A program made the position numbers and the translations under genes. Of a DNA stretch of 64,000 nucleotides, positions 39,851-49,194 are shown one piece after another. The notes below the pieces were generated by a model that did no database searches, was not told the origin of the DNA, and was given only the letters and a program-made list of their open reading frames with translations. The stretch is from an uncultured Maribacter sp. Lineage in GTDB: Bacteria; Bacteroidota; Bacteroidia; Flavobacteriales; Flavobacteriaceae. Position 1 is the stretch's first letter. Each line of letters starts with the position of its first letter. The stretch is taken from contig NZ_CANMRY010000013.1 in assembly GCF_947500405.1 (NCBI RefSeq), forward strand, positions 98-64,097, written 5' to 3'.

Positions 39851-39915
39851 AGGATTTCACTAAGTATTAGAGGTATAAATACCTCTTTACTTAATATTTT
39901 GAGTTAGTTAGTTTG

Positions 39916-39944
39916 AAACACGAGCCAATTGGCTCGTGTTTTTA
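39916..39944 (+). terminator. Intrinsic terminator after susD-like gene
   Basis: AAACACGAGCC-AATT-GGCTCGTGTTT followed by TT. Confidence 0.85.
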
Positions 39945-40099
39945 TTAAAACGCTATTATCATAGGTCTTTCAACATACTAACTGTTTATATTTTTAGATG
40001 TTTTTTAATAGTTCTTTTGAGTAAAGAAGAGGATGTAAACTTTTTTAGACGAACACTCTCTCTTTTTCCTTATTTTTGAGCCGATTAAACTAATCATTT

Positions 40100-42238
40100 A
40101 TGAAAAAAGTACTAATAAGTCTTTTTACATTAATTATTATATTGGGTTGCAAAAATGCTAAAGTAGAAAAAACACCTCTCGCCGTGAATTACCCCCAAAC
40201 AAAAAGTATTGATAGTGTAGATACGTATTTTGATACAGAAATAAAAGATCCTTATCGTTGGTTAGAAGATGATAGAAGTACCGAAACAGAAGATTGGGTA
40301 AAAGAACAAAATAAAGTCACTTTTAGTTACCTAGATAAAATTCCGTTTAAATCGAAAATAAAAAACAGGCTAGAAAAACTGTGGAATTATGAAAAATTAA
40401 CTTCCCCATTTAAAAAAGGAAATTATACCTATTATTATAAAAATGATGGTTTACAAAACCAATATGTACTTTATAGAAAAAACTTGGAAGGCGAGGAAGA
40501 AGTATTTTTAAATCCAAATACATTTTCTAAAGATGGAACTACATCTTTATCTACAATAAAATTTTCTAAAGATGGCTCTCTTGCTGCCTACCTTATTTCT
40601 GAAGGTGGTAGTGATTGGAGAAAAGCTATAGTTTTAGATACTAAAACCAAAGAAGTAATTGGAGACACTCTAGTAGACATAAAATTTAGTGATATTTCTT
40701 GGAAAGGTAATGAAGGTTTTTATTATTCTAGTTATGACAAACCAGAAGGCAGTGAGCTTTCTGCAAAAACAGACCAACACAAAGTATATTACCATAAACT
40801 TAAAACTCCACAAAGTTCTGATGAACTAATATATGGAGGCGTAGAGACTGAAAAACATAGGTACGTTGGCGCTAGTGTAACAGAAGATAATACATACTTA
40901 TTAATCTCTGCATCTACCTCAACATCTGGAAACAAGTTGTTTATTAAAGATTTAAGCATTCCTAACGCACCTCTTGTTACTATTCTAGACCATACAGAGA
41001 CAGATAGTTCTGTCATAGAAAATGTAGATTCCAAGCTGTACATTGTTACCAATTTAAACGCTCCAAATAAAAAAATAGTTACTGTAGATGCTGCCAATCC
41101 CACACCTGATAATTGGGTAGATTTTATTCCAGAAACCGAAAATGTTTTAAGCCCTAATACTGGCGGAGGATATTTCTTTGCAGAATATATGGTAGATGCT
41201 ATTTCTAAAGTATATCAATATAATTACAATGGTAAGCTTATAAGAGAAGTAAAACTTCCTGGAATAGGTAGTGCAGGTGGTTTTGGAGGAAAAAAAGAAG
41301 ATAAAGATTTTTACTTTTCTTTTTCAAATTACAAAACACCAGGTTCTTATTACAAATACAATGTAGAAAGCGGGGAGTATAATTTATATTGGACTCCAGA
41401 AATTGATTTTAATTCGGATGAATACGAATCCAATCAGGTATTTTATACGTCTAAAGATGGTACCAAAATACCAATGTTAATTACGCATAAAAAAGGGGTT
41501 GAGTTAAACGGTAAAAACCCAACTATTTTATACGGGTATGGCGGATTTAATATTAGTTTAACACCTTCTTTTAGCATTACCAATGCTGTTTGGATGGAAC
41601 AAGGTGGAATTTATGCTGTACCTAATCTTCGTGGCGGCGGCGAATATGGTAAAAAATGGCATGACGCTGGCACCAAAATGCAAAAACAAAATGTATTTGA
41701 TGATTTTATTGCAGCCGCAGAATATTTAATAGAAAACAAGTATACTTCTTCTAGTTTTTTAGCACTTCGTGGTGGTAGTAATGGAGGGCTTTTAGTGGGA
41801 GCTACTATGACGCAACGTCCAGATATAGCTAAGGTAGCACTACCTGCTGTAGGTGTTTTAGATATGCTACGTTATCATACCTTTACTGCTGGAGCAGGAT
41901 GGGCTTACGATTATGGTACTGCAAACGATTCTAAAGAAATGTTTAACTATTTAAAAGAATATTCCCCTGTTCATAATGTAAAAGAAGGTGTTTCTTATCC
42001 TGCAACTATGGTAACTACTGGTGATCATGATGATCGCGTTGTACCTGCTCACAGCTTTAAATTTGCAGCAGAATTACAAGCAAAACAAACTGGAGCTAAT
42101 CCAACATTAATTAGAATAGAAACTAATGCTGGCCATGGCGCGGGTACCCCTGTAAGTAAAACGATAGAACAATATGCCGACATATTTTCTTTTACTTTAT
42201 TTAATATGGGATTTAAAACTCTCCCAAATAACAACTAA
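40100..42238 (+). CDS. Prolyl oligopeptidase (S9A serine peptidase), lipoprotein/secreted
   Basis: 712 aa. N-terminal lipobox-like LGCKN, DPYRWLED motif, beta-propeller region, catalytic GGSNGG Ser, and C-terminal D...H (TGDHDDRV, GHG). Confidence 0.93.
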   Translation: MKKVLISLFTLIIILGCKNAKVEKTPLAVNYPQTKSIDSVDTYFDTEIKDPYRWLEDDRSTETEDWVKEQNKVTFSYLDKIPFKSKIKNRLEKLWNYEKLTSPFKKGNYTYYYKNDGLQNQYVLYRKNLEGEEEVFLNPNTFSKDGTTSLSTIKFSKDGSLAAYLISEGGSDWRKAIVLDTKTKEVIGDTLVDIKFSDISWKGNEGFYYSSYDKPEGSELSAKTDQHKVYYHKLKTPQSSDELIYGGVETEKHRYVGASVTEDNTYLLISASTSTSGNKLFIKDLSIPNAPLVTILDHTETDSSVIENVDSKLYIVTNLNAPNKKIVTVDAANPTPDNWVDFIPETENVLSPNTGGGYFFAEYMVDAISKVYQYNYNGKLIREVKLPGIGSAGGFGGKKEDKDFYFSFSNYKTPGSYYKYNVESGEYNLYWTPEIDFNSDEYESNQVFYTSKDGTKIPMLITHKKGVELNGKNPTILYGYGGFNISLTPSFSITNAVWMEQGGIYAVPNLRGGGEYGKKWHDAGTKMQKQNVFDDFIAAAEYLIENKYTSSSFLALRGGSNGGLLVGATMTQRPDIAKVALPAVGVLDMLRYHTFTAGAGWAYDYGTANDSKEMFNYLKEYSPVHNVKEGVSYPATMVTTGDHDDRVVPAHSFKFAAELQAKQTGANPTLIRIETNAGHGAGTPVSKTIEQYADIFSFTLFNMGFKTLPNNN

Positions 42239-43210
42239 ATGTTACGAATAAATAACCTAGACTTTTCTTACGACGAAACATCTATTTTAGAAAAAATTTC
42301 TTTCCACATAAAAAAAGGAGAACACGTATCTCTTATTGGGGAGAGTGGTTGTGGTAAAAGTACCTTATTAAAGCTTATTTACGGTATTTATGATTTAAAT
42401 AATGGCACCATTTTTTGGAAAGAAAATCAAATTTTAGGGCCTGCTTTTAAATTAATTCCTGGTGAAAAATACATTAAGTTTTTAGCGCAAGATTATGACT
42501 TAATGCCGCATACAACAGTTTTTGAAAATGTGAGTCAGTATTTATCGGTATTTGAGCCAGAAGAGCTTAAAAAACGCACCCAAGAGCTTTTAGAAACCAT
42601 TGAAATGACTTCTTTTGCGCACACAAGGGTAAAGTTTTTAAGTGGCGGACAACAACAAAGGGTAGCTTTAGCAAGAGTTTTGGCACAACAACCAGAACTT
42701 TTATTATTAGATGAACCTTTTAGCCATATTGATAATTATAGAAAAAATAGTCTTAGAAGAAATATTTTTAAGTATTTAAAAAAAGAAAAAGTTACTGTTT
42801 TAACGGCAACCCATGATCCCAGTGACGTATTACCTTATGCAAACCAAGTTATTGTAGTAAAAAACAGAAAAATAATAGCGCAAGATTCTCCTGAAAAACT
42901 ATACGAGCGCCCAACAAATTTATATGTTGCTTCTCTTTTAGGAGAAGCCAACCGTATTCCAGTAAATGTTGTAAAAACATATGCAAATACTAAAAGAAGA
43001 ATAATTGTATATGCTAATGAATTTAAAGTATCCGAAAAATCTGGGTTAAAAGTACAGGTAAAAAAGAGTTACTACCAAGGTGTTAACTATTTAATAGAGG
43101 CAGTATATGAAAAGGAAAAAATATTTTTTTACCATACTACAGCTATAGAAAAAGGAAAAAAAGTGTATTTAAATATCTCTATTGAGACTATTAACCAAAG
43201 ATTATCTTAA
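42239..43210 (+). CDS. ABC transporter ATP-binding protein (with C-terminal TOBE-like domain)
   Basis: Walker A GESGCGKST, signature LSGGQQQRV, Walker B LLLLDEPF. The ATG abuts the peptidase stop (TAAATG). Confidence 0.9.
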   Translation: MLRINNLDFSYDETSILEKISFHIKKGEHVSLIGESGCGKSTLLKLIYGIYDLNNGTIFWKENQILGPAFKLIPGEKYIKFLAQDYDLMPHTTVFENVSQYLSVFEPEELKKRTQELLETIEMTSFAHTRVKFLSGGQQQRVALARVLAQQPELLLLDEPFSHIDNYRKNSLRRNIFKYLKKEKVTVLTATHDPSDVLPYANQVIVVKNRKIIAQDSPEKLYERPTNLYVASLLGEANRIPVNVVKTYANTKRRIIVYANEFKVSEKSGLKVQVKKSYYQGVNYLIEAVYEKEKIFFYHTTAIEKGKKVYLNISIETINQRLS

Positions 43211-43217
43211 GACTGTA

Positions 43218-43622
43218 ATGAATAAAACGCTACTGGTTTCTGAATTACAATTTAAAGGTATTAGAAGTAGCGGTGCTGGTGGCCAGCATGTAAACAAGGT
43301 TTCTTCTAAGGTAGAATTAAGTTTTGAAATTAATAAAACCAATGCGCTTACAACTTTTGAAAAAGAACGTATTCTTGAAAAATTATCTAATAAAATAAAC
43401 AAAGAAAATGTTCTTATTTTGCAATGCGATGAGAGTAGAAGTCAACATAAAAACAAAAATTTAGTAATTAAGCGCTTTTTAAAATTAATAGAGAGTGCAC
43501 TACTAATTCCAAAAAAAAGAAAAATTTCTAAGCCCAAAAAATCTGCTATAGAAAAACGTTTAAAATCTAAAAAAAGAGCTGCACTAAAAAAAGTAAATAG
43601 AAGAAAGCCAGATCTAGATTAG
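43218..43622 (+). CDS. arfB: Alternative ribosome-rescue factor / peptidyl-tRNA hydrolase ArfB
   Basis: GGQ motif (SSGAGGQHVNK) and a basic C-terminal tail. Start moved to ATG 43218 (MNKTLL). Confidence 0.88.
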   Translation: MNKTLLVSELQFKGIRSSGAGGQHVNKVSSKVELSFEINKTNALTTFEKERILEKLSNKINKENVLILQCDESRSQHKNKNLVIKRFLKLIESALLIPKKRKISKPKKSAIEKRLKSKKRAALKKVNRRKPDLD

Positions 43623-44750
43623 TGTTTTTAAAAAATAATCTTCTATTAACTCTTCTATTAATTGAGATGCATTTTCCATGCTATATTTTACTCCTTTAGA
43701 TGGGTTATAGGTTTGTATTACTTTTTGCAATCCTAACTTTTGTAGTTCATTAGCATCTACATCTAACTTACCGCAAATAGCAACCACGGGAATCCTGTAC
43801 TTTTTTGCCATTTTCACCACTCCATTTACCAATTTTCCATGTATGGTTTGGCTATCAATCTTTCCTTCTCCAGTAACTATATAATTAATCTTTTGACTTT
43901 CAATAATTTTAGGCACCTCTGCTAATTCTAAAAGAAAATCTACTCCGCTTAAATATGTTGCATCAAAAAAAGTTTTTAATCCATAAGCGGTGCCTCCAGC
44001 TGCTCCTGCTCCTGGAACTAAAGCAAAATCTTTTTGAAGTTTCTCCTTAATAATTTTATTTAAATGTACTAGTCCTTCATCTAAAAAGGTAATCTCTTCT
44101 TTACTAGCGCCTTTTTGTTCCCCATATACATTTGCTGCGCCATTAGTCCCAAAAAGCGGGTTGTCTACATCATTAACAGCATAAAATTTAATGCCTGCAT
44201 ATTTTTTAAATGTTTCGCTCTTTTCAATTTTAAAAACTGCAGCTAAATTAGCTCCTATTGGTTTTACTTCCTCCCCATTTTTATCCTTAAAAATATAGCC
44301 TAAAGCACTTGCTATACCTATACCAGCATCATTTGTTGCACTACCACCTAAGCCCAAATAAATTGTCTTTACTCCTCTAGAAACCGCATCTTTTATTTGT
44401 AAACCAGTACCATATGTAGACATTTGCATAACATTGCGTTCTTCCTCTTTTAAAAGTTCTAATCCAGAGGCTTTTGCTAACTCTATATATGCCGTATCAT
44501 TTTTACTATTTAACAAATAAGAAGCAGTTAATTCTCTTCCCATTGAGTCTATAGTCTCTACTTTGGTTTTTGTAGTAGAAATAATATTAGAAATGGCATC
44601 TAAAAAACCATCGCCACCATCGGAAGCAATTATGTCAAAAATATTGGAAGAAGTATCTGCTCTTTTTATTCCGTTAGAAATGGCATTAATAACTTCTGGT
44701 GCGGTTAATGAACCTTTAAATTTATCTGGAATTAATAAGTAATTCATCAT
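43614..44750 (-). CDS. glxK: Glycerate kinase
   Basis: 378 aa. N-terminal IPDKFKGSLTA and typical GGGSATNDAG motif (GLGGSATNDAGIG). Confidence 0.9.
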   Translation of the reverse strand: MMNYLLIPDKFKGSLTAPEVINAISNGIKRADTSSNIFDIIASDGGDGFLDAISNIISTTKTKVETIDSMGRELTASYLLNSKNDTAYIELAKASGLELLKEEERNVMQMSTYGTGLQIKDAVSRGVKTIYLGLGGSATNDAGIGIASALGYIFKDKNGEEVKPIGANLAAVFKIEKSETFKKYAGIKFYAVNDVDNPLFGTNGAANVYGEQKGASKEEITFLDEGLVHLNKIIKEKLQKDFALVPGAGAAGGTAYGLKTFFDATYLSGVDFLLELAEVPKIIESQKINYIVTGEGKIDSQTIHGKLVNGVVKMAKKYRIPVVAICGKLDVDANELQKLGLQKVIQTYNPSKGVKYSMENASQLIEELIEDYFLKTLI

Positions 44751-44867
44751 AACTAACTATAAATTTGTGGTATAAAATAACTTAACACCAAAATGAATAC
44801 AAAAAATGCTATAAGAATATAAACCTCTTTAATAAAGAAATCTTCTTTTTTTTGGGTAATACACTTA

Positions 44868-45170
44868 TCATTAGCTCTCCCTTTTCTTTTTGCCAACCAT
44901 TTAAATAGCTAGTGTAGGTATAACTCCTGTAAAGTTTAATCATATCCAAAACACGTGTATACCTAAATCTACATTAAATATGTTTTGCATTGTTTTAGAA
45001 AAAATAAGATTAGTTAAGCCTGCCAAAATTATACCTGTATTCATTCCTATATAATTTACTTTTTTACTATACATGGCTAATAAAAAAATTACCAATACTG
45101 ACCCATAAAACACCGAACTAATAGCATTAATAATTTCTATTACTGCACTTTTACTCCCCCAAAAAAATAC
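44868..45170 (-). pseudogene. C-terminal remnant of a sodium:solute symporter gene
   Basis: My translation: ...VSVFFWGSKSAVIEIINAISSVFYGSVLVIFLLAMYSKKVNYIGMNTGIILAGLTNLIFSK...HVFWI*LNFTGVIPTLAI*MVGKKKRES. This is the SSS C-terminal pattern (xIExINxxxSxFYGxxLxxFLL). In-frame stops at 44940-44942 (TGA) and 44901-44903 (TAA). No N-terminal portion is present. Confidence 0.55.
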
Positions 45171-45219
45171 AGAAACTTTAGAGATTATAAAAGATTCTTC
45201 GTTTACTGCATACCTAATT

Positions 45220-45678
45220 TTATATTATATCTTTTATAATTGTTTCTATACCATTAAAAACTATAGCTTCATTAACAGATTTTCCTAGTAATAATTTTGC
45301 AATAGGTGTAGCAGCAGATATACAATATACAGAAACATCTTTACCTTTATACTCTCCTGCAGAGATCGCAATAAAATAGGAAAGCTTGTTTGTTTTTACT
45401 AAACTTCCTAATCCAATTTTTTCTTGAGATTTTTCAATATCTATTTTGCTAAGTAATTGTGCTACTTTTTCGGCTTCTGCTAATTGGGCACCTAATTTTT
45501 CTCTTTCTAGCTGTACCATTGCTCTGCCTGTTTCATGCTTATCGCCCGCACTACTTTTAGTTTCTGAACTTAATGCTGTTTGTATTTCTTGTATTTGTTT
45601 ATGAAGACGGTTAAGGCGGTTATCAATAAAATCTTTACAAAATTGAAAGGTATTTTCTTTTAAAGTGTTATGCGGCAT
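45220..45678 (-). CDS. GreA/GreB C-terminal-domain-like protein (function unknown)
   Basis: 152 aa. The C-terminal ISAATPIAKLLLGKSVNEAIVFNG resembles the GreA C-domain (IS..SP.a.aLlGk.vGd). The N-terminal coiled coil is atypical. Confidence 0.5.
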   Translation of the reverse strand: MPHNTLKENTFQFCKDFIDNRLNRLHKQIQEIQTALSSETKSSAGDKHETGRAMVQLEREKLGAQLAEAEKVAQLLSKIDIEKSQEKIGLGSLVKTNKLSYFIAISAGEYKGKDVSVYCISAATPIAKLLLGKSVNEAIVFNGIETIIKDII

Positions 45679-45716
45679 ACAACAAAAGTAACTGTAAATA
45701 CCATAAAAGAATAATC

Positions 45717-46346
45717 TTACTCTTCAAAATGGTATAAATCGGCTAATTTAAAAACAAGGTAGTTTACCATAGCCTTTTCTTCTAAACCTTGAAGGTACAT
45801 TTTATGTATTGCTTCATCATTCTCTGCTTTAAAGTAGTCTAAATCTCCAGACCTATCTTCACTAAAAATATTCCAAGACTTTAAGCCAGAAAGCATATTT
45901 TTATGTGCTTCATACTTTTTAATCACTAAAGCTACTCTTTTCTTTAATGTTTTATCCTTTTCTGTAGAAGCAGCTTCCTTAGAAGTCCAATACTCATAAT
46001 CTTCCTGTAATCTAGTATCAGCTTTTTGTGCCTCAGAAATAATCTTAAAATATGCTCTAGATACTAAAGAAGCATATTTATCTTTAAACCAAGGGCTTTG
46101 TATTGTTTTAAAGGATCCTGGAGTACTTAAAATTAAAACGTCCTCTGAACTTGTATATAATTCATTAGAATTTGCATTACCTTTTGTAGAAACTAAAGCT
46201 TGTTTCCATGCTTCAGATTTTATAAGCTCCTTCCAAACTTTAGCATATTCCTTTTTATAATTAGACTTAGATGAAGAGCATGACTGAATAAGTAGCACTA
46301 TAATTAATGCAAAACTTACTCTAAAATATTTTGTAATTAGTATCAT
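45717..46346 (-). CDS. Hypothetical lipoprotein
   Basis: Signal peptide with lipobox (LIQSCSSS). No family recognised. Confidence 0.6.
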   Translation of the reverse strand: MILITKYFRVSFALIIVLLIQSCSSSKSNYKKEYAKVWKELIKSEAWKQALVSTKGNANSNELYTSSEDVLILSTPGSFKTIQSPWFKDKYASLVSRAYFKIISEAQKADTRLQEDYEYWTSKEAASTEKDKTLKKRVALVIKKYEAHKNMLSGLKSWNIFSEDRSGDLDYFKAENDEAIHKMYLQGLEEKAMVNYLVFKLADLYHFEE

Positions 46347-46466
46347 TCCTATTTTATAATACTAGCAGGTATTATGATAGGCAAAGTTCTTGATAATATA
46401 GTTATAGATTTTTTGGGATTTCAATATAACAAATAATTTAAAAGAATAAGTCTTTTAAAAAGAAAA

Positions 46467-47588
46467 CTATGATTTTAAATACAAACACGCTAGTTCTTCT
46501 CCAATAACTGTTCCTATTGCTACTCCCATACCTCCTAACCTAACACCGCAAAAAACACGAGAAGAAATACACTTAAGAATTGGTTTTTTTGTCTCTCCTA
46601 CTCCCATTATACCACTCCAATAATGTTCTATTGAAAATTCTTTATTTGGTAGTATTATCTTTTTTAAAAGCTGCTCTAATTTTTGTTGTATTAAAGAAGT
46701 TACTCCAAACTCTGTAGTTTCTTCCTTTTTAAAATCTAAATTTCTACCACCGCCTAAAAGTATTCTATTATCAATATTTCTAAAATAATAATAACCTTCT
46801 TTTAAATGAAAAGTACCTTTAATATGTAAATTTTTTATTGGTTTGGTTATTATTACTTGTGCTCTTGCAGGTTTTATTTTTTCTGTTATTAAATTAGCAG
46901 CAAAACCATTAGTAGCTATAAAAAGTTGTTGGGTATTAAATTGAAATTTATCTGTTTTTACTTCCACACTGTCTTGTATTTCCTGGAAATTTTGGACATG
47001 TATGCCGTTTAGGATAGATATATTGTTTTGTAACGCTTTTTGTAATAAAGACTGCATCATAGCACCCGTATTTATTTGACCTTCAAACTTATGGGTAATA
47101 TATTTGTCTTTAATGTTTAAGAAATTAAAAATGTTCTTATTTTCTTCAAAAGCATTCTCTTTAAAAACAGGAAACAATAATTTATTAACTTCTTCTATTT
47201 TAGATAGCGAAGAGTAGTATAGCTCTTTATCTTTTTCTAAAAAAAGTTCATGCCCGCCTAATTGTTGGTATCCAATTTTAGCATCGCCTAACTTTTCTCT
47301 CAACGCTTGTATACCACTATATCTTTTTTGAACTAACGAAACCACTTCTTCTGGAGTATGGGTTTTTAAATCTGATAGTATTTCTGAAATACTTCCAAAA
47401 CATGCAAAGCCTGCATTTTTAGTACTTGCTCCTTGGGGTAAAATTCCTTTTTCTAAAATTAAAATACGTGCTTTAGGGTATTTTTCTCTAAGGTGTAATG
47501 CACAATTTAATCCTACTGTTCCGCTACCAACAATAGTAAAATCTATATTAGATAACCATGTTTTATATTCCCAATAACTAAGATTCAT
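46467..47588 (-). CDS. FAD-dependent oxidoreductase (DAO family)
   Basis: N-terminal dinucleotide fold DFTIVGSGTVGLNCAL...ILEKG; 373 aa. Confidence 0.8.
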   Translation of the reverse strand: MNLSYWEYKTWLSNIDFTIVGSGTVGLNCALHLREKYPKARILILEKGILPQGASTKNAGFACFGSISEILSDLKTHTPEEVVSLVQKRYSGIQALREKLGDAKIGYQQLGGHELFLEKDKELYYSSLSKIEEVNKLLFPVFKENAFEENKNIFNFLNIKDKYITHKFEGQINTGAMMQSLLQKALQNNISILNGIHVQNFQEIQDSVEVKTDKFQFNTQQLFIATNGFAANLITEKIKPARAQVIITKPIKNLHIKGTFHLKEGYYYFRNIDNRILLGGGRNLDFKKEETTEFGVTSLIQQKLEQLLKKIILPNKEFSIEHYWSGIMGVGETKKPILKCISSRVFCGVRLGGMGVAIGTVIGEELACLYLKS

Positions 47589-47800
47589 AGCACTAAAATA
47601 AGTACAATTGCATAAACACTAATTAGAAAAAAGAATCTATCTTTTTATTACGTAACCAACTAATTAGTCTGCTTTAATTTTTAAAACTCTACCTTCTATT
47701 ACATTAAACATCGATTAACAGCTAGTTTTATCGCTAATGAAAAGTTTTAAAGAATATAAAAGAATTGCTTTCTAAAAAATTAAACTTTGTAGTTTGTTAA

Positions 47801-49189
47801 TTACTCTGATTTTAGCCCAAAAAACAACTGAGAAAGTATATTAACCTTATCTAATTTACCTTCAATACTACCATTTAATACTACTTTTTTACTGGAAGAT
47901 TGTTGAGCTAATATTTGCAAACTATTTAGTAAATTAAAATAACGATTTGCTTGTGGTAGTTGTATAGTTTCTTTTGCTCTATTAAAATCTATAAACAAAT
48001 TCATAAAATTAGAACTAGTAATTTGTTCTGTACTCTCTTTTAATTTTTGGGTTTTAAAAATTGTTGCTGTATCATCTTCTTCCACGTAAAACTGATATAA
48101 AGGAATATTCTTAAGAATATCATTTTCAGTCAACAATTCTTGTTCTTTTAAATAGTTTTTTAAAGGTTGTTTATCTCTTCCTAAATTTAAAATAATAGAA
48201 GGTACTTCTTTTTCTTGTAGCGTTTTTTGTTCAATTTTATTAAAATTGTCATCGTAACCATACGTTACAATAGTATCTGTTTGCGTAGTTGTACCATTAA
48301 CGCCTGCATAGAAAAAACCATTGGTTAATTCTGCAATCTCTGGCACGTTTATATTTACTTTTTTTAAGAATGTATTATTCTTCCAAGAGGCTATAAATTG
48401 GTCTCTATTTTTAATCCGATTAAAATTCCCATCCCAATAAAATTCTACTGCTGCATTAGGAACTCTATCATAAGATACTTTCTTAGGATACGTATCTTCT
48501 TCGTTTGCTTCTAGACTTCCTTCTAAAACAGCTTTACCATCTTTAAACTGAAGTTTTATTTCCCCTTTTTTGCTAATATGCGTTACATGACTTTTACTTT
48601 TAGAAAGGGTGGCAATCCATTTATTATCTTTTGAGGTTATTACTTTATCTTCCTTTAGAACATCTAGAAATACCTTTTTACTCTTTTGGTACGTATTATC
48701 TAACCCAAAAGAAATTATTACTTTTTCTGTATTCCAAGCACAGACCCAATGCTGTTTTTTATGCTCTAACCAATGTATGTTATGCTCCTTATCAATTTCC
48801 AGACGTAATCCCTTAGAATATTTTTTTATCTGATTTTTAAATGCATGATTATCCTCAATACTAAGAATAGAAAAAAATGTATTTTGTACTTTAGGTACTG
48901 TAAATAATACCAAGTTATAAGGTGTAAAATTTACTCCTTTTTTATCTACAGTATCTTTCTTTTTAGCTTTTTGTTTAAGTGATATATTGTCGGAATAATA
49001 TTTAGGCGAGGTTAATGCATCTAAAACTAATGTTTCTTTAATATCTTGTATTCCTATTTTAATAACACTATCGGCATCTTTATGAATAACACCCAATAAA
49101 GAGGCTTTATTAAAATACCAAGTATAACCCCAATAACCAATTAATGAAGTTACACTTAGTAATACAATTATTTTTAGTGTTTTTTTCAT
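47801..49189 (-). CDS. Hypothetical membrane-anchored protein (distal gene of the four-gene operon)
   Basis: 462 aa with an N-terminal TM anchor (IIVLLSVTSLIGYWGYTWYF). The N-terminal module resembles that of the upstream 612-aa protein. Confidence 0.6.
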   Translation of the reverse strand: MKKTLKIIVLLSVTSLIGYWGYTWYFNKASLLGVIHKDADSVIKIGIQDIKETLVLDALTSPKYYSDNISLKQKAKKKDTVDKKGVNFTPYNLVLFTVPKVQNTFFSILSIEDNHAFKNQIKKYSKGLRLEIDKEHNIHWLEHKKQHWVCAWNTEKVIISFGLDNTYQKSKKVFLDVLKEDKVITSKDNKWIATLSKSKSHVTHISKKGEIKLQFKDGKAVLEGSLEANEEDTYPKKVSYDRVPNAAVEFYWDGNFNRIKNRDQFIASWKNNTFLKKVNINVPEIAELTNGFFYAGVNGTTTQTDTIVTYGYDDNFNKIEQKTLQEKEVPSIILNLGRDKQPLKNYLKEQELLTENDILKNIPLYQFYVEEDDTATIFKTQKLKESTEQITSSNFMNLFIDFNRAKETIQLPQANRYFNLLNSLQILAQQSSSKKVVLNGSIEGKLDKVNILSQLFFGLKSE

Positions 49190-49194
49190 GGTTA

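Noticed and set aside
39851-39915. Extra hairpin (AAGTATTAGAGGTA-TAAA-TACCTCTTTACTT) after susD as a possible riboswitch or sRNA
   Set aside because: It is short and imperfect and directly precedes the strong terminator. It is most simply part of a compound 3' end structure.
44940-44942. TGA read as Trp (alternative genetic code), since TGA appears at expected Trp positions in two loci (also 15871-15873)
   Set aside because: Both cases lie in genes with other defects (missing start or N-terminus, an additional TAA). No intact gene in the window needs TGA read-through. TGG-to-TGA is the commonest nonsense route for Trp codons.
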